A DNA stretch of 64,000 nucleotides from Candidatus Geocrenenecus arthurdayi. Lineage in GTDB: Archaea; Thermoproteota; Nitrososphaeria_A; Caldarchaeales; Wolframiiraptoraceae. Each line of letters begins with the position of its first letter. The stretch's first letter is position 1. The stretch is from assembly GCA_023539395.1 (NCBI GenBank), contig JAKCEX010000001.1, positions 21,193-85,192 on the forward strand, in the 5' to 3' direction. Made by a program: the position numbers and the translations under genes. This document shows, piece by piece, positions 56,780-64,000 of this stretch. Under the pieces are notes generated by a model that was given only the letters and a program-made list of their open reading frames with translations, was not told the DNA's origin and did not search any database.

Positions 56780-57484
56780 GTGGTTGGATTGAGTCACACT
56801 GAACGTGGTGAGAAGACAGTATCTCAAGAAAGGAGGACAGCGCTAAAAATAATTACATCTATCTCATTTATTGTAAGTCTTGGTAGTCTAGCTTCACTCT
56901 TAAAATCTATTAGCCCAGTTGTTTTAGAGATCCCTGAGTGGCCACGTGTAAGGTTAGCTAATATTAATGGGATCAAGCTTAGAACATGGTATCTATTTTC
57001 TTATCCAACAAAAGATATTCCATGCCTATTAGTGAAGACGGGTAAAAGTCTTCCTTCAGGGGTAGGCCCAGATAGAGATATAATCGCATATGTTATGATA
57101 TGCCAGCATGCCAGATACTATGGTACAATCTACATCCCACCCAAAGAAGTTAGAGACCCAGAAAAACTTACATATTTGAAGACTGTCCCACCAAACATCC
57201 TGGAACTATACCCGGACAAGAATTTGCTCTATTGCCCAGCTCATGCTGGAATCTACGACCTTGAGAAAGACGGCGAAGTACTTGCAGGACCACCTTTCTG
57301 TAGCCTATGTAAGGTCGTACTTGAATATGATGAGGCTTCAGGAGACATTTATGCTGTTGGTCTTTCCCCGCCAGCCCCGGCTGTACCGGGAGTTACGCAC
57401 TGTTCCAACAATCCTGAAGAACTAAAGAGGATTATGCTTGGAAAAAAGCTTGTGACGGAGGCGTCTCTAGAAGAGAAGATCTAG
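56780..57484 (+). CDS. Rieske-type [2Fe-2S] protein with a Tat signal and membrane anchor.
   Basis: GTG start. The twin-arginine motif is ERRTALKI, followed by a TM helix. Box I is CQH and box II is CPAHAGIYD...GPP. The box II context (CPxHGxYDxxGxxxxGP) is strongly Rieske-like, but both disulfide-forming Cys are replaced. The spacer between boxes is unusually long, about 40 aa. Confidence 0.55.
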   Translation: MVGLSHTERGEKTVSQERRTALKIITSISFIVSLGSLASLLKSISPVVLEIPEWPRVRLANINGIKLRTWYLFSYPTKDIPCLLVKTGKSLPSGVGPDRDIIAYVMICQHARYYGTIYIPPKEVRDPEKLTYLKTVPPNILELYPDKNLLYCPAHAGIYDLEKDGEVLAGPPFCSLCKVVLEYDEASGDIYAVGLSPPAPAVPGVTHCSNNPEELKRIMLGKKLVTEASLEEKI

Positions 57485-58978
57485 GTGATCAAGTTGAGTG
57501 AGAGAAAGAGCATCATCAGTAGGTTCACGGAATGGCTTGACGAGAATTTTGGTTTTACAAAGACTATTCTCCGCCCCGCCCCTGAGTATTCTCTTAGGAA
57601 CCCCTCCTACTGGTTGGGTGCTATAAATGTTATAGCTTTCTTCACGGCGGGTATTACAGGGATAATACTCCTCCAATACTATGAACCCCATCCTGATACT
57701 GCATGGGAGTCTGTAAGTAGGATAATTACAGAAGTTCCTTATGGAAACCTCATCAGAAACATACATATTTACGCAGCTTTTTCCATGATATTCGTTACAT
57801 TCCTACATTTTATGAGGAATTATTTTGTCGTTGCTTATAGGAGGCCTAGAGAGTTGATGTGGATTATAGGTATGCTTATGGGTTTAGCTACTTTAATGAT
57901 GGGGTTTACGGGTTACCTCCTCCCATGGTATGCTCTCTCATATGCAGCTGTAGGATTCGGGATAACAATAATAAAGCAACTGCCCCAGCCATTAAGCGGC
58001 TTCCTTGAATACGTTATCTCAGGATACGGAACAGATGTAGAACTTCTGAGAAGATTCTACACATTCCATACAGTCCTGCTACCTGCTGTAATCATTATCT
58101 TGCTAGCTGTAAAACTACACATATTCGAAGTCCATGGAATAACGGAGCCCCTATCCAAGGACATCCCAGAAGAAGAAAAGAAGCTTATCCCATGGTTTCC
58201 AAACATATTTCTATACTTTGTAATCTTGGTCTGCGTCTATATTGCATCAATACTTACAGCATCGATAATATACCCATTCGGGATACATGAGAAATATATT
58301 CCTGGCGTTGTCACTATACCTATGCCTGAATGGTATTTTATGTGGACGTATGCGATAGCTAAGACGGAGTTCATAGAGGTGCTCGGCGCGACAGGCTTCA
58401 AGATCTTTATAGCAACCCTCATAATCATAACATTGATCTTCGTATTCCTACCATTCATAGATAGATGGAAAGATAAGCATCCTTCTCAGAGACCCTTCTT
58501 CATAGCTATAGGGGTTTGGATAGTAGTCCAGATAAGCTTGATGACTTATCTAGCGTGGGCAACGGCAGGCTCATATATACCTTCAGATACAGCCATTCTC
58601 TCAATAGTTATCCCAACGATAATAGTATTCATAGCTGCCTACCTATATCGATTAAAGCTGGTAAAGCCGCCTGAACTAGTATGGGAGAAGTTTAGTAAAC
58701 TGAAACAAACAAAGCTAGAGAAAACCTCTGGTAATCCTAGAGAATCCATCTTGGTGGCCATAAAATTCTTATTAACTATAATGTGTGCAGGTTTATCATT
58801 TAGGATTATCTATGGGTCCTTAAGTGAAAACTTAAGCTTCGGATGGTTTATACTTGGCTTAGCTTTCTTCGCCTTCTCTACTATAGAATCATTTAAAGTA
58901 GTTTATGTTGCAGACTTGAAGGTTGGAAACGTGGGGAGAAGATTGAGGTCTTTTGAGAGGTGGTTTGGAGTTGGCTAG
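57485..58978 (+). CDS. Cytochrome b of a Rieske/cyt b complex (cyt b6 plus a subunit-IV-like fusion).
   Basis: 497 aa, GTG start directly after the Rieske stop. The His pair 13 residues apart (NIHIYAAFSMIFVTFLHF) is typical of cyt b helix B. Further His residues sit in helix D. There are about 10-12 TM helices. Confidence 0.7.
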   Translation: MIKLSERKSIISRFTEWLDENFGFTKTILRPAPEYSLRNPSYWLGAINVIAFFTAGITGIILLQYYEPHPDTAWESVSRIITEVPYGNLIRNIHIYAAFSMIFVTFLHFMRNYFVVAYRRPRELMWIIGMLMGLATLMMGFTGYLLPWYALSYAAVGFGITIIKQLPQPLSGFLEYVISGYGTDVELLRRFYTFHTVLLPAVIIILLAVKLHIFEVHGITEPLSKDIPEEEKKLIPWFPNIFLYFVILVCVYIASILTASIIYPFGIHEKYIPGVVTIPMPEWYFMWTYAIAKTEFIEVLGATGFKIFIATLIIITLIFVFLPFIDRWKDKHPSQRPFFIAIGVWIVVQISLMTYLAWATAGSYIPSDTAILSIVIPTIIVFIAAYLYRLKLVKPPELVWEKFSKLKQTKLEKTSGNPRESILVAIKFLLTIMCAGLSFRIIYGSLSENLSFGWFILGLAFFAFSTIESFKVVYVADLKVGNVGRRLRSFERWFGVG

Positions 58979-59234
58979 AAGTATCGAGATTGCTCTAGTC
59001 ATCCTACTTTTAGTTCAAGGTGTATTGACTGTTTTAACATGGATGCTAAACCCAATAATAGTAACTCATCAGACTCTCGCAGCTGGATATATTGCTTCAA
59101 GCTTAATCATCCTAAGCCTAATAACTTACGTCTACTATAGAGGTGAAGAGTATGACCAGGAGTGGATAGCAGCCGGTATTGGGATGATAGTCCTAATACT
59201 ATTACTTACATATCTTAAGGGAGGTGTCGTGTAG
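58953..59234 (+). CDS. Small membrane protein (about 3 TM helices), possibly an accessory subunit.
   Basis: 93 aa and hydrophobic. It overlaps the cyt b 3' end. The next gene starts 1 nt after it. Confidence 0.3.
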   Translation: MRGGLELARSIEIALVILLLVQGVLTVLTWMLNPIIVTHQTLAAGYIASSLIILSLITYVYYRGEEYDQEWIAAGIGMIVLILLLTYLKGGVV

Positions 59235-60044
59235 GTGGACCCATTGATCTTCATCATAGGCTATATAACTCCATACATAGCATTCTTCACATTGATTTTA
59301 GGCTTGATGTATAGAGTGGTGAGATGGCTTTCAATACCAGTTCCATTCAGGCTCCCGGTTGCTCCTGCACCTATAACGTATACAGGAGTATTGAAGGGGA
59401 TGTCGTTGGACTTCTTTGCATTTAGAAGCTTACTAAAAGGTAATAAGAAGCTCTGGATAGGTGGATACGTCTTCCACGTAGCTCTAGCTATAACCTTAAT
59501 CTCTCACATAATCAATGTATACTTCCATGAGCTCTGGGCAGTCATCGGGTATGGATGGTATGAGGCGGTGCTATATTCGGGGATATTCTTCCTAGCTGCA
59601 TTATCTTTCCTCCTAGTTAGAAGAATAGTTCTTCCAAATGTGAGATATATCTCAAAGTTAAGTGATTACATTATCTTAATACTTTTGATTACAATAGTAT
59701 TCCTGGGAGTTTACATGAGAAGTTTTGGATTAGTGGATGTAGCCTCCGTAAGTGAATATATGCATAGTCTCCTAATGTTCAACCCTATCCCGCCGCCGGG
59801 TAACATATGGTTCTTAACACATTATGTTTTAGCCCAGATACTGTTTATTTACATACCATTCAGTAAAGTATCTCACTTAATCGGGTGGATCCTAGCGACT
59901 ACTAGGAATATGAGGAATATAACTAGGTGGAGGAGACATGTAAACCCATGGGATTACCCAGTTGAAGTAATTACTTGGGATGAATATTACCAGAAGTTTA
60001 AAGATGAGCTAGAAGCAATCGGACCAGGAGGTGAGAGAAGATGA
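59235..60044 (+). CDS. DsrM/HdrE/NarI-like membrane subunit (second paralog).
   Basis: 269 aa, GTG start. It is collinear with the dsrM-like protein at 43146..43829 (the N-termini read IFIIGYITPYIAFFTLILGLMYRVVRWL versus IFIGIYLPYITLVVFIVAVIYNFFKWI). His residues sit in the TM helices. Confidence 0.6.
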   Translation: MDPLIFIIGYITPYIAFFTLILGLMYRVVRWLSIPVPFRLPVAPAPITYTGVLKGMSLDFFAFRSLLKGNKKLWIGGYVFHVALAITLISHIINVYFHELWAVIGYGWYEAVLYSGIFFLAALSFLLVRRIVLPNVRYISKLSDYIILILLITIVFLGVYMRSFGLVDVASVSEYMHSLLMFNPIPPPGNIWFLTHYVLAQILFIYIPFSKVSHLIGWILATTRNMRNITRWRRHVNPWDYPVEVITWDEYYQKFKDELEAIGPGGERR

Positions 60045-61507
60045 AGATAGATATGAGTTTCCCTGCAAGGAAGTATAAACTCTATGCTACGTGGAAACGC
60101 GATATGGAGATTATGAAGCTACCCTTCCCAAGAGAGTGGAGTCATACACAGTTTAATCTACCACCCAATTGGAGGGAAATAGCTTTAAAGAAGATGGATG
60201 AAGTGGTAAAGAAGTTTAGGTCTGTTAAGCTCTTCCTAGATATATGCGTAAAATGTGGAGCATGCACAGATAAATGTCCATTCTTCCTCGGCACATTAGA
60301 CCCCAACAATATGCCGGTTGCAAGACAAGACCTATTCAGATCAGTCTATAAGAGATACTTTACGTTAACTGGCAGGGTCTTCAGGGGGCTTGTTGGAGCA
60401 GAAGAACTTACAGAGGAAACAGTAGAGCTTTGGTATACCTATTTCTATCAATGTTCTCAATGTAGAAGATGCTCCGTCTTCTGCCCCTATGGTATAGATA
60501 CTGCGGAGATAATGATTGCCGCTAGAGAAGTGCTTACAGCAATAGGTCTCAGCCCAAGGTCGCTTACTGAAGCAATAGCTAAATGTGAAACCATAGGAAA
60601 CCACATGGGCATACCTCCAGCAGCTTTACTCAGTGCCATACAATTCGCAGAAGAAGAAATAAAAGAAGAGACAGGAATAGAAGTTAAGGTACCGATAAAC
60701 AAGAAGGGTGCAGAGATACTCTATGTTCCGCCTTCTGCGGACTTCTTTGGGGGACCCCACTGGGGGACGCTTAAAGGAGCTATAAAGATGTTCCATCAGA
60801 TCGGGTTAGACTATACAATAAGCACTTATGCAAGTGAAGGTGGTAATTTTGGTACATGGCTTGGATATGAGCATATGAAGAAGATAAATAAGAAGCTTGT
60901 TGAAGAAGCTAGGAGGCTTGGTGTTAAATGGATACTTGGTGGAGAATGCGGACATATGTGGAGGGTTATCCACGCTTTCATGGATACTATGAATGGACCA
61001 CTAGATTTCTTGGAAGAACCTGTCTCACCTATAACTGGTACAAAGTTTGAGCATGCAGCATCTACCAAGATGGTTCATATCTGCGAGTTTACAGCAGACT
61101 TGATAAAACATGGAAAACTTAAGTTAAACCCGGATGCAAATAATCAGTACATTGTTACATATCATGATTCATGTAATCCGGCCAGGGTTATGGGGCTTAT
61201 AGAGGAACCCAGATACATACTAAAGAATGTATGCAGGAATTACGTAGAGCTTGACCCGAATGTAAACAGAGAGAAAACTATATGCTGTTGTGCAGGTGGG
61301 GGGTTACTTGCAGATGAGACAATTGAATTAAGACTTAAAGCTATTAGACCAAAGATCGAAGCTATAAAGAGGACTGGTGCAAACTTCTTGGCATGCATAT
61401 GCGCGATAGATAAAGCAGCATTCACTGAATATTTTGAGCATTACAAACTACCCATAACAGTTGGAGGAGTTCATGAACTAGTTGGAAACGCATTAGTGTT
61501 TGATTAA
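60041..61507 (+). CDS. DsrK/HdrD-like CCG-domain iron-sulfur protein (second paralog).
   Basis: 488 aa. The ferredoxin motifs are CVKCGACTDKCP and CSQCRRCSVFCP, and the CCG domain reads ICCCAGGGL. Its start overlaps the upstream stop (ATGA). Confidence 0.7.
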   Translation: MKIDMSFPARKYKLYATWKRDMEIMKLPFPREWSHTQFNLPPNWREIALKKMDEVVKKFRSVKLFLDICVKCGACTDKCPFFLGTLDPNNMPVARQDLFRSVYKRYFTLTGRVFRGLVGAEELTEETVELWYTYFYQCSQCRRCSVFCPYGIDTAEIMIAAREVLTAIGLSPRSLTEAIAKCETIGNHMGIPPAALLSAIQFAEEEIKEETGIEVKVPINKKGAEILYVPPSADFFGGPHWGTLKGAIKMFHQIGLDYTISTYASEGGNFGTWLGYEHMKKINKKLVEEARRLGVKWILGGECGHMWRVIHAFMDTMNGPLDFLEEPVSPITGTKFEHAASTKMVHICEFTADLIKHGKLKLNPDANNQYIVTYHDSCNPARVMGLIEEPRYILKNVCRNYVELDPNVNREKTICCCAGGGLLADETIELRLKAIRPKIEAIKRTGANFLACICAIDKAAFTEYFEHYKLPITVGGVHELVGNALVFD

Positions 61508-61656
61508 TTCAGAGTTCAGGCTATCTATATCTAAAATCGTAACCTAGACGGTACCCGGCGAATGATAGGCTAGCACTTCATACAAATATTGATAATCCGA
61601 TAATGACTACACAATGCTTAAGAATGCTCTGAAAGGAAAGAACTATTGGAGGAGGA

Positions 61657-62475
61657 TTGATGAATTTAATCTTGGAACCATATATCCCTGAGCAGATAAT
61701 AGACTATTTTCAGTCTATTTCCAATTTAACAGCCAGATTATTGGGACGTTATCTTGTATATATAGGTAGGAGAACAATCGTAATCGTAGGATATCCAGTT
61801 AGTGGAGAATATAGAGAAGAAGACATTGTTAAGATAGTTCAAGAGAGTCTACAAGGGGGGATGGAAGACATAATAGTTATAGCCCCAAGACTACCTCCAT
61901 GTTTAAGATTTGAAGAAGTTAGAATAGATGACTATTATAGATTGACTCTTCCTGTAAAGGAAGTAGGTAAGAAATTGAGATACATGATTTCCAGAGCGTC
62001 TAGAGAGCTAACAGTAGAAGTTGATAAGAAATTAACGAAGTCTCATAAAAGAATTATGATGGATTTTCTAAAGAGACCGGATGTTGAAAAATACATGGAG
62101 TATGTCTGTAGCCGCTTAGACTACTATCTTTCCAGGTCTAATACTGTTAGGACTATCAATGCATTTAGAAAAGATGGTGGATTAGCAGGTTTCAATGTAA
62201 TCGACCTCCCTTCAGGCGATTATTCTTTCTATATGTTTAATTTCATAGATAGAACCGAAGGGTATGTCCCTGGGGTTTCCGATCTCCTATTATATAATTC
62301 TCTGAGAATCTCATATGATGAAGGGAAGAGATATGTTAACATGGGGCTTGGGATAAATGAGGGTACGAAGAGATTTAAGATAAAATGGGGGGCTACACCA
62401 TTCTTACCATATCAATATGGGGTGATAAAACAAGCTAGTATATATGAAGCGTTCGATATATTCTCAAAGCTTTAG
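61657..62475 (+). CDS. Hypothetical protein, possibly a GNAT-fold FemAB/BioF2-like acyltransferase.
   Basis: 272 aa with a weak resemblance to FemAB-type folds (KRFKIKWGA near the C-terminus). Confidence is low. Confidence 0.3.
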   Translation: MMNLILEPYIPEQIIDYFQSISNLTARLLGRYLVYIGRRTIVIVGYPVSGEYREEDIVKIVQESLQGGMEDIIVIAPRLPPCLRFEEVRIDDYYRLTLPVKEVGKKLRYMISRASRELTVEVDKKLTKSHKRIMMDFLKRPDVEKYMEYVCSRLDYYLSRSNTVRTINAFRKDGGLAGFNVIDLPSGDYSFYMFNFIDRTEGYVPGVSDLLLYNSLRISYDEGKRYVNMGLGINEGTKRFKIKWGATPFLPYQYGVIKQASIYEAFDIFSKL

Positions 62476-62483
62476 ACGGTGTC

Positions 62484-62669
62484 TTATGTTTTCTTTTCTG
62501 CAGTCTTGAACTTTGTGAAATGGCAGTTGCCACAATAGTATCTATCTTCATGTTCAGCCATGATGTATCCTTCACCGCATCTGGGGCAGAAGACTACAAG
62601 CTTACTCAGGATATTACTCTTCACAGAATATTTCTTCCATAATTTAGCTTGTTTTCCCAATCTTCTCAC
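62484..62669 (-). CDS. rps27ae: 30S ribosomal protein S27ae (eS31).
   Basis: 61 aa. The C4 zinc ribbon is CPRCGEGYIMAEHEDRYYCGNC. Confidence 0.8.
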   Translation of the reverse strand: MRRLGKQAKLWKKYSVKSNILSKLVVFCPRCGEGYIMAEHEDRYYCGNCHFTKFKTAEKKT

Positions 62670-62958
62670 TCTCCACGCTTATTAATGCATGTTTCCTTAG
62701 TACATGCTTTCTCTCAAATCTCATAGCATACTCTACATCATCATATATGTGAGCATGTATTCTCGCTTTCCGGGAACCAAAGACGCTTTTAATCTCTTCT
62801 ACTATAACTCTTTCAATAGGCGTATCAAATTGTTCAGAGATGAATTTCCTAACTTCTTCACGTTTAGGTGTAGAAGATTCATACGTGAGGATTAATTCAA
62901 GATCCCTTCTATTCAATAGCTTATTATACCAATCCTTCTCTACTTTCTCTATCTTCAT
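62644..62958 (-). CDS. rps24e: 30S ribosomal protein S24e.
   Basis: 104 aa. The S24e pattern is LLNRRDLELILTYESSTPKREEVR...FG. Confidence 0.8.
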   Translation of the reverse strand: MKIEKVEKDWYNKLLNRRDLELILTYESSTPKREEVRKFISEQFDTPIERVIVEEIKSVFGSRKARIHAHIYDDVEYAMRFERKHVLRKHALISVESEKIGKTS

Positions 62959-63398
62959 GCTGTCTTAGCCCCTTCTGCTTCTTTTGTAAGAGGCTTATAC
63001 GGTATGAGCACAGCATTTACCTGTGCTATAGCTTCACTGATAACATTCCCTCTAACCATCTTCCTCTTTCTAAGCCCCTTCTTCCTCCTTCTCAATCTTT
63101 TCTTCTTCTTTTTTGATGAAGGTTTATCCTTGGGGTGGAATCCTACTCCTCCTGAAAGTAGTATCCTTACTTTTCTCGGTCCACTAACATCTGGACGCAT
63201 AGGGAACCCATCTCTATCCGTGCCTCCAGTAATCTTTATCTTGTATCCTTTAAACCCTAGTATAGACCCATCTATTTCATCTCCAATCTTCTTACCGATA
63301 AGTAATTGGAAAACTCTAGAATCAAGCTGGATACTCTTTGCTGTACCATCGGCTGGGTTAGACAATACAAGCTTCGGAGCAGCACTTTTCTCAGACAT
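62955..63398 (-). CDS. rps6e: 30S ribosomal protein S6e.
   Basis: 147 aa. It has GGTDRDGFPMRPD and a basic KKKKKRLRRRKK tract. Confidence 0.8.
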   Translation of the reverse strand: MSEKSAAPKLVLSNPADGTAKSIQLDSRVFQLLIGKKIGDEIDGSILGFKGYKIKITGGTDRDGFPMRPDVSGPRKVRILLSGGVGFHPKDKPSSKKKKKRLRRRKKGLRKRKMVRGNVISEAIAQVNAVLIPYKPLTKEAEGAKTA

Positions 63399-63481
63399 TT
63401 TTCAATCATCTGAAAGTTTAATCCAGTATATAAACTAGAATAAAGATAGTATAATTTAAACTAGAATTCATTCATCCAATC

Positions 63482-64000
63482 TTATCTAGCCCACAGAGGA
63501 TTAATCGACCGTTTTATCTCAATTATCTCTTGTAAAGCTTTTCTGGATTCTTCATCTAGCATGTCATAGTATTCTTTCTGTAGTAATCTTGCATCTTGTT
63601 CTGGAAGAGCTGTATAGAGTATTTCTCCTTCTTTTATATGTCTTCCTATGATTGGTTCTCTCATTGATATTGCTACTCTAGCTCCCGTAGTTGCTTCGTG
63701 TATGCTTTGACCTCTATCTTGTATCTGAGAGATCGTGCCAACTACTTTCCCCTTAGAATTCATTAATGGATATTTCGGTCTAATAGTTCCAGCTAGTATT
63801 TCTACTCCAACGATTGCAGGCTCACTTCTCCTAAAAACGTATCCTTCCATTATCTTGATCTTTCCAGGCTTCATTAAGGATTCAAATGTTCTAAGCTTAC
63901 GTGTAGTAGTTTCTTTCTCAACCCATTCAAGGTATGTGTTAACTAGTCTGAACAGGACCGAGTCTTTAAAGATTCGTATACCTCTATTGTTTGCTTCAAT
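63482..64000 (-). CDS. infB: Translation initiation factor aIF5B (IF2 homolog), C-terminal part. The gene continues beyond the window end.
   Basis: The domain IV beta-barrel is EGYVFRRSEPAIVGVEILAGTIRPKYPL, followed by the C-terminal helices. The infB-rps6e neighbourhood is conserved in archaea. The frame stays open to position 64000. Confidence 0.55.
   Translation of the reverse strand: MEANNRGIRIFKDSVLFRLVNTYLEWVEKETTTRKLRTFESLMKPGKIKIMEGYVFRRSEPAIVGVEILAGTIRPKYPLMNSKGKVVGTISQIQDRGQSIHEATTGARVAISMREPIIGRHIKEGEILYTALPEQDARLLQKEYYDMLDEESRKALQEIIEIKRSINPLWAR

Noticed and set aside
57776-57792. A CATGGAAAAAG-like match (antisense) to the promoter element inside the cytochrome b coding region.
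   Set aside because: It lies within codons AAFSMIF of a conserved TM helix with no TATA context. It is a coincidental match to a short AT-rich motif.
1-64000. A search for CRISPR arrays, rRNA genes, transposases or integrases, and long tandem repeats.
   Set aside because: No regularly spaced direct repeats, no rRNA-like GC-rich blocks and no transposase or integrase-like ORFs were seen. The only repeated sequences are the 77-nt pair and the short promoter element reported above.

Overview
This 64 kb window from an AT-rich archaeal genome carries a dissimilatory sulfite reductase system with its own siroheme supply. The organism is probably a thermophilic TACK/Crenarchaeota-like anaerobe. That guess rests on tRNA introns at canonical and non-canonical positions, GTG/TTG starts and leaderless promoters. 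Coding density is high and both strands are used. No rRNA, CRISPR array or transposase is seen.

Main content:
(1) An aromatic amino-acid block on the minus strand. lysC-asd (aspartate semialdehyde, ASA) is fused to an archaeal ASA-derived shikimate pathway: ADH synthase, DHQ synthase II, aroD, aroE and GHMP-type aroK. aroA-aroC follow after a pair of nucleoside phosphorylase genes.
(2) A tetrapyrrole/siroheme block: hemA, hemB, hemC, hemL, hemD, a cobA-type methyltransferase (SUMT) and a sirC-like precorrin-2 dehydrogenase. sirC is translationally coupled to a CbiA-like amidotransferase. A second hemL-like paralog sits elsewhere.
(3) A complete dissimilatory sulfite reductase locus on the minus strand, in the order dsrM-dsrK-dsrA-dsrB-dsrD-ferredoxin. 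A radical SAM protein with a Cys-rich C-terminal extension sits next to it. Further on is a separate, tightly coupled plus-strand operon of dsrC, Rieske protein, cytochrome b, a small membrane protein, a DsrM/HdrE-like gene and a DsrK/HdrD-like gene.
(4) Housekeeping genes: guaA, trxB, thrB, thiL, a NUDIX hydrolase, CutA, ribosomal proteins S6e, S24e and S27ae, a partial aIF5B, and six tRNAs (Arg, Phe, Ala, Met, Val, Leu), three of them with introns.
(5) Accessory genes: an adjacent HEPN and minimal nucleotidyltransferase (MNT) gene pair inside the heme cluster; a DUF429-like RNase-H-fold protein, a KaiC/RadA-paralog-like ATPase and an HTH regulator in one operon; an orphan protein with a C-terminal PD-(D/E)xK nuclease domain; an ECF S-component with a DUF4430-like partner; TerC, CPBP-protease and YeiH-family membrane proteins.

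Non-coding observations. A conserved TTTyACATGGAAAA element lies immediately upstream of the TATA boxes of the dsrA, terC and yeiH-like promoters, which suggests a shared regulon. A duplicated intergenic element of about 77 nt occurs at two divergent promoter regions. Hairpins and an inverted repeat lie upstream of lysC.

The most novel-looking feature is the dsrC-Rieske-cytochrome b-HdrE/HdrD-like operon, a module that links a bc-type quinol oxidase to a heterodisulfide-reductase-like unit. Its Rieske protein lacks both disulfide cysteines.
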